This document shows, piece after piece, positions 16,214 to 25,137 of a stretch of 50,938 bases of DNA. Location: positions 1 through 50,938 of IMG/VR virus record IMGVR_UViG_3300046740_000705; one strand, given 5' to 3'. The position numbers and the translations under genes were made by a program. How positions within the stretch are numbered: position 1 is the first letter of the stretch; the number at the start of each line of letters is the position of its first letter. The notes beneath the pieces are model-generated. The model was not told the DNA's origin. It was given only the letters and a program-made list of their open reading frames with translations, and ran no database searches. This DNA comes from a virus. Taxonomy: Duplodnaviria; Caudoviricetes.

Positions 16214-17070
16214 CATCCTATCTCAAGGCTGACGAGCGCAACGAGAGGACCAAGTCGTTCCTGATGCGGATCGCGCGGGCCTTGGGTGATCCGCCGCTGG
16301 CGTCGATCAACCAGCAGACCATCAACCAGCTTCGCGACACCGTGATGCGGCCCGGCGTGAAGGGATCGTCGGTCAGCCGCACCCTGATCGCGCCGTTGCG
16401 CGCCGTCCTGATCCACGCCAATGCGCAGGGCTGGTGCGACGTCCCCAAATTTGTCATGCCTCGCCAAACGCAGGGCCGCACCAAGTTTGTCCGCCCCGAC
16501 CAGATGGAGCTGCTGATCGCCGCCGCCGCGCGGCACCTACAGCCGCTATTGTCCTTTCTGGTGACCACCGGGGCGCGGATGTCGGAGGCGATCGAACTCG
16601 ACTGGGACGATCTCGATCTCCAGGCCAAGCGGGTCAATTTCTGGAAGACCAAGAGCAACAAGCCGCGCCTCGACCTCGAACTGCCGATGCGCGCCGTCCT
16701 CGCCTTGGCGGCGCTGCCGCACCGCCAGGGGGCGGTGTTTCTGACCGATCGGGACCTGCCGTATGCCGATAAGGGTCGCAACGGCGGCGGCCAGATCAAG
16801 GGCGGGTTTCAAGGGGCGCTAGACCGCGCCAACCAGAACGGGGCCGGGATCGATCCCGACCTGACGCCCCACGATCTGCGTCACACCTGGGCCTCGTGGC
16901 ACTACGCGGTGCACAAGGATTTGCTGCTGTTGAAGCGCGACGGCGGCTGGTCATCGGTCTTGTTGGTCGAACGCTACGCCCACCTGATGAAGACCGGCCA
17001 ACAGGCGGCGATCGAGGCATTTAGGAACGGTTTAGACACGAGCCGTGACTGGAACCGCGCAAATGGTTGA
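15961..17070 (+). CDS. int: Tyrosine integrase
   Basis: TGARMSE, KTKS, HDLRHTWAS, GGW, RYAH catalytic motifs. Confidence 0.95.
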   Translation: MPAKSRPAKPARRQRQHCLYVTIRPDTGALQITGYIKGYGRVRQNASTADPRLADEEAKALQLQLLRGQWHGERRGVRPLSDAVTSYLKADERNERTKSFLMRIARALGDPPLASINQQTINQLRDTVMRPGVKGSSVSRTLIAPLRAVLIHANAQGWCDVPKFVMPRQTQGRTKFVRPDQMELLIAAAARHLQPLLSFLVTTGARMSEAIELDWDDLDLQAKRVNFWKTKSNKPRLDLELPMRAVLALAALPHRQGAVFLTDRDLPYADKGRNGGGQIKGGFQGALDRANQNGAGIDPDLTPHDLRHTWASWHYAVHKDLLLLKRDGGWSSVLLVERYAHLMKTGQQAAIEAFRNGLDTSRDWNRANG

Positions 17071-17261
17071 CAGATATGGGGAAACACGCGTCCCGGCATT
17101 TCATCAACAAGGAAGTGCTGGCCGGTTTTGTTTCTGCCGGGAACGCCTTAAAACCCTAGCGTTTCTGCCGGTTTGCGGGCGGTCCGAGCCGCCCCAAACC
17201 AACCCCACGCGGCAGAACAAAGCCGCAATCTACCCAATCTTTAGACACGGTTTAGACACGG
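17021..17261. other. Probable intact attP
   Basis: TTTAGACACG arm-type repeats at 17031, 17240, 17251 flanking inverted core CCGGCATTTC-N9-GAAGTGCTGG (17093-17121). Confidence 0.7.
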
Positions 17262-17310
17262 CCGCTTCGCCGGGGTTAGCGATTCGTTCTCTTGCCCAGG
17301 GGAGGTCGGC

Positions 17311-17613
17311 ATGCCGGAACTCAACACAGTAATCACCGGGAGCAATTTCAAAGGGAAGGCTGCGGTCGCCGCAGTCGCGCGATTGCGAGCCGGCGACCCG
17401 GTCACCGTCTACCGCGAGCCGCAGAACCGGCACGACGCCAACGCGGTCGCCGTCACCGCCTTCGACCTGCCGATCGGCTACATCCCGCGGGTCTGCAACG
17501 CGGCGCTGGCCGCGGCCCTAGACGAAGGCCTCGAGGCGACCGCGGTGGTGACCGAGCCGGCCTTGATCGCCGGCAAGGTCATCCGCGAACCCAAGCTCTT
17601 GGTGTCGTGGTGA
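17311..17613 (+). CDS. HIRAN domain protein
   Basis: ITGSNF...LRAGDPV..YREPQNRHDANAVAV......IGYIPR. Confidence 0.9.
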   Translation: MPELNTVITGSNFKGKAAVAAVARLRAGDPVTVYREPQNRHDANAVAVTAFDLPIGYIPRVCNAALAAALDEGLEATAVVTEPALIAGKVIREPKLLVSW

Positions 17614-17885
17614 CCCGCGCCTTGGCCCTGGGCGCGCTGCTGCTAGCGCCGCACCTGGCGTTGCCGGCGGAGGCGGTCGACCCGCACAAGCTGATCATCG
17701 AGTGGCCGCACGGCATCGAGGTCGTGGCCGCAACCACCCCGGAGATTTGCCGTCTCTCCGCCGCCGCCCTGCAGACCGGAAAGTGGCAGCCGATCGGCGA
17801 ACCCGACCCACCGGTATCGACGACCTGCGTCCCCGGCTCCGCCTTCGCGCCGGGCTGGGACAAGATTGCCGGCGGTCCGCGATGA
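17610..17885 (+). CDS. exported hypothetical protein
   Basis: GTG start overlapping stop; signal-peptide-like N-terminus ending AEA. Confidence 0.55.
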   Translation: MTRALALGALLLAPHLALPAEAVDPHKLIIEWPHGIEVVAATTPEICRLSAAALQTGKWQPIGEPDPPVSTTCVPGSAFAPGWDKIAGGPR

Positions 17886-18049
17886 ACCCGGCCCGGCTGG
17901 TCGCCGGCGGCTCGCTGGTGGACGGGCCGCCCAGGGTCTACCTGCGGCGGCCGCGGCGATGGCGACGGTGTCTGCCGTCGGCCTGGCTGGCCGCTGCCGC
18001 GGCGCTGGTCGGGACGTTGCTCGGGGCGCTGGCCAAGGGGGTGTTGTGA
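17882..18049 (+). CDS. small membrane protein
   Basis: ATGA coupling; C-terminal hydrophobic helix. Confidence 0.45.
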   Translation: MNPARLVAGGSLVDGPPRVYLRRPRRWRRCLPSAWLAAAAALVGTLLGALAKGVL

Positions 18050-18249
18050 TGCCTGCGGTCGCAACACAAGAACCCGAAGACCTCGACCTGACCATCCCTG
18101 GCCCGATACGGCGATGGCTGGCCGAGGTCCTGTGGCAAGAGGCCCGCCGCCTCGACGCCGATGCCAGAAGCGCCGGCAAGGTGCGCGCCCGCAACCTGCG
18201 GCACCGCGCCGAAGAGTTGCGCCTGATGGGCAGCGAGATCGTCCCGTGA
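18049..18249 (+). CDS. hypothetical protein
   Basis: TGATG coupling. Confidence 0.55.
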   Translation: MPAVATQEPEDLDLTIPGPIRRWLAEVLWQEARRLDADARSAGKVRARNLRHRAEELRLMGSEIVP

Positions 18250-18431
18250 CCGCGCACGCCCGCCCCGACGATTGGCCGCTGCTTGAGCGTGCCGAGGCGT
18301 TGGGCGTTTCCGTCATCGGCGACGACCTTGAGAGCCTGCTCGACTCCATCCAGCAGCGTGAAACCGAATTAATGCTTCTGCGCCACGCCGTCACCCGCCG
18401 GCTGGCAGGGCTACCGGACCCGGCGCCGTGA
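18246..18431 (+). CDS. hypothetical protein
   Basis: GTGA coupling. Confidence 0.5.
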   Translation: MTAHARPDDWPLLERAEALGVSVIGDDLESLLDSIQQRETELMLLRHAVTRRLAGLPDPAP

Positions 18432-18592
18432 GCGAGTGGATCAAATGGTTTGCTTGGTATCCCGTTCGCGTCGGGGGCTACAGCGAGGGATCTATGTGGC
18501 ACGGGAGGCGATGGGTCTGGCTACGCCAAGTCGAGTGGACCGAAGGCCACATGATCGGAGAGTGGCTTTATCGAGAGGCTGTGGGACGATGA
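18428..18592 (+). CDS. small Trp-rich phage protein (WFAWYPV motif, 54 aa)
   Basis: Read manually; coupled at both ends; not in ORF track. Confidence 0.6.
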   Translation: MSEWIKWFAWYPVRVGGYSEGSMWHGRRWVWLRQVEWTEGHMIGEWLYREAVGR

Positions 18593-19047
18593 CCGTGCCG
18601 CCGCCCCGGCATTACCTGATCCGGCTGCGCCGCGATGGGCCGCTGGTGCCGGCCCGTCTGCGTTGGCTCGATCACGAGCCCGGCGAGCCCGACAACAAGC
18701 TCGACCGCGGCCACCTGGTGCCATTCCCGGCGGTCGATATCGCCGGCAAGGACGCCCTGCCCGAGGTGCTGATCGAACGCGTGATCCTGCAGCCGAACCG
18801 GCGCGGCGACATGTTGAAACAGCCGGCGGCGCTGTTGGCGGACTTCCTCGCCCAACCCGGTGGGTCCGTACCGCTGACGCATTGGCGATACGCCCAGCCG
18901 ATCAGCGAGGCGGAGTACCGGCACCACCTGACCAAGCGGAGCTGGGCGGCGATCCACCGGCCGAGGCACCCGGTGCTGCAGCCGCGCCAGCGGGTCGACC
19001 CCCAGCAATTGCCGATCCCGGATTTCTCGAGGGAGCATGAAGCATGA
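18589..19047 (+). CDS. hypothetical phage protein
   Basis: ATGA coupling; RL.R.GP.VPA.. and PISEAEY motifs. Confidence 0.65.
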   Translation: MTVPPPRHYLIRLRRDGPLVPARLRWLDHEPGEPDNKLDRGHLVPFPAVDIAGKDALPEVLIERVILQPNRRGDMLKQPAALLADFLAQPGGSVPLTHWRYAQPISEAEYRHHLTKRSWAAIHRPRHPVLQPRQRVDPQQLPIPDFSREHEA

Positions 19048-19250
19048 ACGCCCCCAAGCCCGACGAGCGGTGGCGGCACAAGCGGAGCGACCGAGTCTAC
19101 GTGGTCCTCCACATCGGGACGCTGCAGACCTCGGCGGCGCCGGACCTCGATGACGAGCTATGCGTCGTCTACCAGAACGAGACGCATTACGCGATCTGGG
19201 TGCGGCCCCTCGACGAGTTCATGGACGGCCGCTTTGAGAGGGTCGAATGA
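19044..19250 (+). CDS. DUF1653-like protein
   Basis: WRHK....Y.V......VVYQ.....WVRPLDEFMDGRF. Confidence 0.8.
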   Translation: MNAPKPDERWRHKRSDRVYVVLHIGTLQTSAAPDLDDELCVVYQNETHYAIWVRPLDEFMDGRFERVE

Positions 19251-19594
19251 TGGAGATCGAAGTCACCGTCGAGGACGCGCGGCGCTGTAATCGGCTGCGC
19301 GGTCTGCCGGTCGCGACATGTTCCTGCCGCCTCGGGGACTACGGCTGGCAGCAATGCCCGCCGGGCGCGCACCTGGCGGTGATCGGCATGGACGTGGTGC
19401 GCGACGTCAATGCGTGGCTCGCCAGCTTTCCGGGCCTCGCCGATACAACACACTTTACACGGTCGCACCCTGTAAAGGGTCCGCCGCTGATGACCGGCGA
19501 GTTCTGCCGCGAGCCCGGCTGCGGTGGGTTCATGGTCCGAACCGGCAGCTGCATGACGTGTCAATCGTGTGGATTCAATGAGGGGTGCGGCTGA
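19247..19594 (+). CDS. protein ending in an NrdJ-type C-terminal zinc ribbon
   Basis: C...GCGGFMVRTGSCMTCQSCGFNEGCG-stop. Confidence 0.55.
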   Translation: MMEIEVTVEDARRCNRLRGLPVATCSCRLGDYGWQQCPPGAHLAVIGMDVVRDVNAWLASFPGLADTTHFTRSHPVKGPPLMTGEFCREPGCGGFMVRTGSCMTCQSCGFNEGCG

Positions 19595-20418
19595 TGGCCC
19601 AAGAGCAGCTGGCGCTTGATGCGACCAACGATCCCCGCCTGCAAATTGGCGCCAACCAGCCGCCGCTCTCGGAGCGCATCGCGGAAGAAATCGCGCCGCT
19701 ATTGGCGACCCGCGACCAACTGCTGGCCTCGGCAGAGTCCGCCCTGATCATCGACGGCGAGAGCGCCGCGAAGGTGGTCGACCTGGCCAAGCAGATGTCG
19801 AACCTCGAGGACATGGCCGACCTCGTGCGCGAGGAAATGATCCGCCCGCATCTGCTGGCTCAGCGCGAGATCAACAGCAGTTTCGGGACGGTGACGAACC
19901 AGCTCAAGCTGGCCCGGCAGGGCGCCGACGGCCGCGGTGGCCTGCGGCTGATGCTGACCCAGTGGCAAAGGAAACTCGAAGTCGCCGCGCAAGCGGAGCG
20001 CGATCGCCTGGCCGCAGCGCAGCGCTTGCGCGAAGCCGAGGCGGAAGCAGCACGACGCGCAGCTGAGGAAAAGAAGGCGGCCGGCAGCACCGGGGTCGCC
20101 GATGAACTGACCGCCATGCAAGCGGAGGAAGCGGCGCAGCGGCTGGCACGGCAGGCCGAGGCGATCCGACCGGAGCCGGTGCGCTCGCACCTCGGCATGG
20201 CCGGCACCCGCCGGGAGATCGTCTTCGAGATTACCGACGTGCGGAAATTACTCGGGTGGCTGTTGAAGTCGCCGCTGCGGGTCCAGGTCGAGGCGGCCGT
20301 CACCGGGCTGATGCGCCCCTACCTGCGCAATGCCATCGGGGTCGACGGGGTCGAGAAGGGGGTCGAGATCCCCGGCCTCACCGCGCGGATCGAACGGGTC
20401 GCGCAAATCCGATCATAA
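19594..20418 (+). CDS. coiled-coil phage early/recombination-region protein
   Basis: IGANQPP motif, long helical body. Confidence 0.7.
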   Translation: MAQEQLALDATNDPRLQIGANQPPLSERIAEEIAPLLATRDQLLASAESALIIDGESAAKVVDLAKQMSNLEDMADLVREEMIRPHLLAQREINSSFGTVTNQLKLARQGADGRGGLRLMLTQWQRKLEVAAQAERDRLAAAQRLREAEAEAARRAAEEKKAAGSTGVADELTAMQAEEAAQRLARQAEAIRPEPVRSHLGMAGTRREIVFEITDVRKLLGWLLKSPLRVQVEAAVTGLMRPYLRNAIGVDGVEKGVEIPGLTARIERVAQIRS

Positions 20419-20429
20419 CGGAGGCGGAC

Positions 20430-20804
20430 ATGAAGACCAGGCTGGTGCCGACAAAACTGGCACTGATGCTGCCGGGCGAGGGCGGGCAGGAGTTCCAGGT
20501 CGATCTGCCGGAGCGGCCATCGATTACCGAATTGCACGCGGTGATCGACCCGCTGCTCAACACCGCCGCCTGGGAGCACGTCGTAGTGTACGTCGGGCTT
20601 GAGGCATGGCTCGGGGCTAGCCAGTACCGCGATATGTTCGTTGACGAAACCGGCCAATTGAAGGGATTGCCGCGAAACGAAGAGGCGACGTTCCTCTACC
20701 GGCGCAATTACCTCATGCACGAAACCGATCCCGGCGACGCTGAGAGCCTGCATTTTATCGCCGGGCCAGCGGCATTCTTTCCGGAAAGAAAGGTGTGGTC
20801 ATGA
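20430..20804 (+). CDS. DUF3846-like protein
   Basis: MFVDETGQLKGLPRNEEAT...IAGPA; GGAGG SD. Confidence 0.7.
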   Translation: MKTRLVPTKLALMLPGEGGQEFQVDLPERPSITELHAVIDPLLNTAAWEHVVVYVGLEAWLGASQYRDMFVDETGQLKGLPRNEEATFLYRRNYLMHETDPGDAESLHFIAGPAAFFPERKVWS

Positions 20805-22531
20805 AGAGCGGCAACGGCATCGTCCCGGCGAGCGGTCGCCGGCCCAACATGATCAAGGGCCTGGTGCCCTCATTACCGGAGCGGGGCAAGATCAAGATCG
20901 GCATCAAAGGCGCGACGATCCGGTCGCGCCGCGGGGTCGACTTTCAGCCGCCGCAGAAGCTGGACCATTTTGTCGTCACCACGCTGGAGCGCGGCAAGGA
21001 CGGAAATTTCCTGCCCGATGCGGCGCTGATGGAGCGCCTCGGCGACAAGCCGACCGAGATCCCGGTCAGGTTGCTCTATGACGACCCGACGCTTAATTTC
21101 CCCACCCGGCTGGCGTGCTTTGTCGGGCGGACTCTCTGGTGCGCCGGCGACGGGGAAACCGCGACGCGCCTCACCGAATTGCCAGCGCAGGTCGAGGGCG
21201 ATCGGGTCGAACTGAAACCGCACCAGGTCAGCTGCCCCTGCCACCGGCAAGACCCAGCCTATACCGGCCGCGACAAGTGCAAGATGAACGGCGCCCTAAA
21301 CGTCCTGATCGACGGCGCCGGCGGGCTCGGCGGGGTGTGGAAGTTCCGCACGACGTCATACAACTCGATCGTCGGCATCTTGTCGTCTCTGGCGTTCCTG
21401 CGAAACATCACGGGCGGCGTCCTCGCCAACATCCCGTTGAAGCTGCAGATCCAGCCGAAGCAGGCAACCTCGCCCACCGACGGCGGCCAGTTGACGATCT
21501 ACGTGGTCAACCTGACATTCGACGGGGAGACGGAGCAACTGCAGGAGATCGGCCACCAGATCGCCTTGCGGCGGGCCACCACGCACGTTTCGATCGAGCA
21601 TATCGAGGATGAGGCGCGGCGGGCGCTGGCGCTGATGCCGCCCTCTAACGTGGCGTTGCCGGGCGACGATACCGACGATGTCATCGAGGAGTTCTACCCC
21701 GAGCAGGTCAACGTGCCAGAGCCGGAGCGAGCGCCCGGTGACGGCCGGGCGCTCCACCAAGAAGAGGAGCAGCTGGAGCCCGAATTCGCCGTAGTCGACA
21801 ACGATGGCAACGAATTCGACTTCGGCCGCGAGCGCGCGATCAAGGCGATCAACGCGATCTTCACCGACGCCGGGCGCTATGACATGGCTCGGCTGCAGGG
21901 CGCCTGGGAAAGCAACAAGGTGACTATCGAGCGGCTGACCCAGGAGGGAGCCGGCGCTGAGGCGGCAGCCCTCACCGCCTACTATAATGAGTTGCGCGAT
22001 CTGATGCCGGTGCCCGCCCGCACAGCGGGCCCGCAGGGGAGGGAAGCAGCGGCAGGGCCTACCGATACCCCGGTGGCCGAACCCCCAGCTCAGCGCCCCG
22101 CGGCGCGGCCTGTTAGCCCTGCGCAGGATCTGCCAGCCGATAGGCCCCGAGCGGCGGACATGTTCCCCGGTGACCTGCCGGCGGGCGAGCGCCTGGTGCC
22201 CCGAGGCGTAGGCGCACCCGTGCCGGTAGACCCCGACCATGTAACCCCGCCGCCCCGGCCGCGTCGTGAACCACCCGGACCGCCGAAGGACTCGTACCTG
22301 ATCGAACCTGTGCTGCGCGCCGGCAAGGTCGACTGGCGGACCTGGGTCAACGTCAAGTTCCTGCCGCAATTGCGCCAGGAAACCCACTACCTCGAGTTCT
22401 TCCTCGGTGACAATACCGAGAACAAAGAAAAGGCCGAGGCCGTGTTGTCGCCGGCGGAGCGCAAGGATCTGCAGGCCGCCATCGATGCGCAGTGGGCCGC
22501 CATCAAGAAGCTCGACGAGGACCCGGCATGA
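20801..22531 (+). CDS. phiC31 Gp3-like (recombination directionality factor-like) replication/recombination protein
   Basis: LPERGKIKIG...PQKLDHF...C.GDG...CPC...CK..G.L.V....GGVW.F.T.SYNS; Pro-rich linker. Confidence 0.7.
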   Translation: MKSGNGIVPASGRRPNMIKGLVPSLPERGKIKIGIKGATIRSRRGVDFQPPQKLDHFVVTTLERGKDGNFLPDAALMERLGDKPTEIPVRLLYDDPTLNFPTRLACFVGRTLWCAGDGETATRLTELPAQVEGDRVELKPHQVSCPCHRQDPAYTGRDKCKMNGALNVLIDGAGGLGGVWKFRTTSYNSIVGILSSLAFLRNITGGVLANIPLKLQIQPKQATSPTDGGQLTIYVVNLTFDGETEQLQEIGHQIALRRATTHVSIEHIEDEARRALALMPPSNVALPGDDTDDVIEEFYPEQVNVPEPERAPGDGRALHQEEEQLEPEFAVVDNDGNEFDFGRERAIKAINAIFTDAGRYDMARLQGAWESNKVTIERLTQEGAGAEAAALTAYYNELRDLMPVPARTAGPQGREAAAGPTDTPVAEPPAQRPAARPVSPAQDLPADRPRAADMFPGDLPAGERLVPRGVGAPVPVDPDHVTPPPRPRREPPGPPKDSYLIEPVLRAGKVDWRTWVNVKFLPQLRQETHYLEFFLGDNTENKEKAEAVLSPAERKDLQAAIDAQWAAIKKLDEDPA

Positions 22532-22758
22532 GGTGCGAGGAATGCCATGGCGAAGGCACGGTTCCGGCAAACTTCATCCAAACTGATCGCGCGCTAACCC
22601 CCGAGCAAATCCAAGCGTTGCGACGGAAATGGGAACAGGTAAGTCGAGGTCTGGTCCCTCGGGCCTCTGCCGAAGTATTTCGCATCCCCTGCCCCGAGTG
22701 CGGCGGCTGCGGCTTTGCCCATTGCTGTGAGGGGGAGCGACCGGAGGGCGCGCGATGA
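22528..22758 (+). CDS. DnaJ-type CxxCxGxG zinc-finger protein
   Basis: CEECHGEG...CPECGGCG..HCCEG. Confidence 0.65.
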   Translation: MRCEECHGEGTVPANFIQTDRALTPEQIQALRRKWEQVSRGLVPRASAEVFRIPCPECGGCGFAHCCEGERPEGAR

Positions 22759-23285
22759 GCGCCGCTGACTACACCGGGCAGGTCATCAACGGCATCACGT
22801 TTGTCGAGCGGATCATCAAGACCTACGACAGCGGCCGCCGAACCTATAGCAACTGGCGGGTGATCTGCCGTTGTGGCGGTGAGTTCAAGGCGACGGCCTA
22901 TCAGATCAAGCAAGGCCGGGGCTGCGGTTTCTGCCACGCCGTCCGCCGCACCGCTGCGCGGGGCGCTTTGGCGACTGTCGAGAACGAGGCGTTGCTGGAG
23001 CTGGTCAAGACCGGCGGCAGTCGCAGCGATGTCGCCAAGGCCCTGTCAGCCCAGCTGGGGTCCGCCGTGACCAAGAACATGGTCACGGGCCGGCTGTGGC
23101 GTATGGGGGCGACCGTTCCCAAGCCGTTGCCGAAAAGGCCGGTGCCGTGGTTGCCAGCCGGCGCGTGCGCCTTTCCGCTGGGCCACCCCACCGAAGACGA
23201 CTTTCGCTATTGCTGTGATGTGGTCGCGCCAGGGCGGGTCTACTGCGAGAGGCACCACAAGCTAACCCATCTGCGGGAGAGCTGA
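22755..23285 (+). CDS. gcrA: GcrA-like cell-cycle regulator with extra N-terminal zinc domain
   Basis: GGSRSDVA..L...VTKNMVTGRLWRMG HTH and CAFPLGHP....FRYC.......YCERH C-terminal GcrA motif. Confidence 0.78.
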   Translation: MSAADYTGQVINGITFVERIIKTYDSGRRTYSNWRVICRCGGEFKATAYQIKQGRGCGFCHAVRRTAARGALATVENEALLELVKTGGSRSDVAKALSAQLGSAVTKNMVTGRLWRMGATVPKPLPKRPVPWLPAGACAFPLGHPTEDDFRYCCDVVAPGRVYCERHHKLTHLRES

Positions 23286-23555
23286 ATGACCAATGTGATT
23301 ACCTACGACATAGACGATCCGGCAGACGCCCGGATTTACGTGAAAAGCTTCGCGCCGAGGCTCCTGGGCAAGAAGGCGACCTATGTGCAGACCAACCGGC
23401 GCACCATCCACTTCGATGCCATGACGGATGAGGACGCCTGCTGGGTGGCGCGGCAATTGTGGGCGATGGAACAGAAAGCGGTGAAAAGAGGCCTACGCGA
23501 AAACGAACCACAGCAGGACGGCCAACGTGATCGGGATGATGGCGTCGATCATTAG
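23286..23555 (+). CDS. hypothetical protein
   Basis: Follows GcrA-like gene; last gene of rightward arm. Confidence 0.6.
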   Translation: MTNVITYDIDDPADARIYVKSFAPRLLGKKATYVQTNRRTIHFDAMTDEDACWVARQLWAMEQKAVKRGLRENEPQQDGQRDRDDGVDH

Positions 23556-23563
23556 GTCGCGGA

Positions 23564-23938
23564 TCACGCCTCGCTGCCCTCGATGATCTGGAACTGATCG
23601 CCGTCGTTGACTCGGCGCCCAGAGCCGCCCCGAAACCGGATCACCCGCTGCGCCACCGGGTGGCCGGTCCATTGGTCCCAAACCAGCAAACCGTCCGCGA
23701 CCTCCGCGATGAAGATCGCGGCGTGACTGCGGCCGTCGGTGTGATTGCCGTAGCTGCCATCGCGGTCGAACGTGGCGATCGCCGTCCCCGGCTCGATCCC
23801 GTTGCCGCGCACCGGAGCGCCCGGCTGCCAGCGCGACGTGTGCGGCACCCCGGCGCAAATCTGAACGTAGCGAACGCATTGCCCGTTATCGACCACGCTG
23901 CCGGCGAACTCGTCGGGATTGTCGGCGATCCAAGACAT
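23564..23938 (-). CDS. BPSL0067/Tae-like CHAP-fold cysteine amidase, probable endolysin
   Basis: GQCV.YVQ...W.PG..V.....GTAIATF...G.Y....HAAIF......VWDQW; last gene of late operon. Confidence 0.8.
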   Translation of the reverse strand: MSWIADNPDEFAGSVVDNGQCVRYVQICAGVPHTSRWQPGAPVRGNGIEPGTAIATFDRDGSYGNHTDGRSHAAIFIAEVADGLLVWDQWTGHPVAQRVIRFRGGSGRRVNDGDQFQIIEGSEA

Positions 23939-23948
23939 GAGAGCCTCC

Positions 23949-24215
23949 TCAGAACCCGAACGGACCTAAAGCCTCGCGGCGATCGAGCCGCCCCCGCAGG
24001 ATCATATATTGCTCGGGATGCTTCGGGTCGGGTTGCGGTATCCCCATCGCAGTGCCGCGGATCAATAACCACGGCGAGCGCCGCTTCATCTCCCAGATTA
24101 CGTCGGCAAGCGGCATCCAGGCCGGGAACTCGGTCATCCGGCCTTGTGGCACCCCGTCGCCTTCGGTCAAGGCGTGCCAGCGGTTCTCGACAACGGCGAG
24201 GCGAAGCAACTCCAC
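23949..24215 (-). CDS. hypothetical protein
   Basis: GTG start just after the DUF3309-like stop. Confidence 0.45.
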   Translation of the reverse strand: MELLRLAVVENRWHALTEGDGVPQGRMTEFPAWMPLADVIWEMKRRSPWLLIRGTAMGIPQPDPKHPEQYMILRGRLDRREALGPFGF

Positions 24216-24217
24216 GG

Positions 24218-24379
24218 TCAGAGCCTCCCGAGCAGCAGCAGGATCAAGACGACCAAGAGGACGACGCCGAGTAGGCCGCTCGGGAAGTAGCCGTAGGTCT
24301 GCCAGCCCGCGTTGTAGGGCGCAGGGAACGCGCCCAGGAGCAGCAAGATCAGGATGATGATTAGGACGGTCCCGAGCAT
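24218..24379 (-). CDS. DUF3309-like two-TM membrane protein (possible holin/lysis accessory)
   Basis: MLGTVLIIILILLLLGAFP...GYFPSGLLGVVLLVVLILLLLGRL (read manually). Confidence 0.75.
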   Translation of the reverse strand: MLGTVLIIILILLLLGAFPAPYNAGWQTYGYFPSGLLGVVLLVVLILLLLGRL

Positions 24380-24505
24380 TTAACGTCCTTCCGGTTCGGG
24401 CTCGAAGCCCGTGCCTTTGCAAGCGGCGCAGGGCACGACCAGCCCGGCAATCAAGTTAAAGCCGTCGCCCTGGCAGGCCTCACACTTGGCGCGCTCAGCG
24501 GTCAC
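24380..24505 (-). CDS. small CxxCxGxG zinc-finger protein (41 aa)
   Basis: CEACQGDG...CAACKGTG (read manually). Confidence 0.5.
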   Translation of the reverse strand: MTAERAKCEACQGDGFNLIAGLVVPCAACKGTGFEPEPEGR

Positions 24506-25137
24506 CGGGTCGATAGCTTGCCCGCGATTTCGCGCGCCGCTTGCAGTGCAACGTCCTCGGCGCTTTCGTCAACACGGGTCACCCAAGACATATAGATGAT
24601 GCCGACAAACGCTTCGGGACCGGGCGGGATTGGTACGACACAAGCCCGCTTCATACCTCGGTTCACAAGCCGCTCGATAACTGGCGAGTGTAATTTGTCC
24701 GAGATATCGCCGCAGGCCGGGTGCCCGCCCAGGACATCGACCAAGACCTTCATGTCGGAGCGCGCGGTGATGACCGGCAGTCGGCGCGGTTCTGGGATGA
24801 CCGGGCGTTGACCGTCCTGCCGGCGCGCGCCGATGAACCGCTGGACGTTGGCGCCGAGGTCGATTTCCCAAATCTGGACAAGGTCGGCTCCGGTCACCTC
24901 GACCAGCTTTTCGAGCGCTGCGGGCACGTCGTCCGTCCTGAGCGCGACCGAGGATGGCGTCAGCCACGCTTCGAGGAGCTGCTCGCGCTTGTCGTAAAGC
25001 ACCCACCCGACGCCCCCGACGACAAAGAGGACGACGACCGCCCCCAGCTTCCACGGCGAGTCGATATAGGCGAGGACGCTCGCGATATATCCGGCGAGGC
25101 CGGTCGGCGCCGGTTGCTTCGGCGCCGGGTCGGTCAC
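24502..25137 (-). CDS. single-TM protein with GAF-like periplasmic domain, possible T4 T-type holin
   Basis: One N-terminal TM helix; C...ACVVPIPP...FVGIIYMSW GAF-like end; position between fibre and lysin. Confidence 0.5.
   Translation of the reverse strand: MTDPAPKQPAPTGLAGYIASVLAYIDSPWKLGAVVVLFVVGGVGWVLYDKREQLLEAWLTPSSVALRTDDVPAALEKLVEVTGADLVQIWEIDLGANVQRFIGARRQDGQRPVIPEPRRLPVITARSDMKVLVDVLGGHPACGDISDKLHSPVIERLVNRGMKRACVVPIPPGPEAFVGIIYMSWVTRVDESAEDVALQAAREIAGKLSTR

Noticed and set aside
19247-19594. Ribonucleotide reductase gene
   Set aside because: Only the terminal zinc-ribbon motif is present; no catalytic domain
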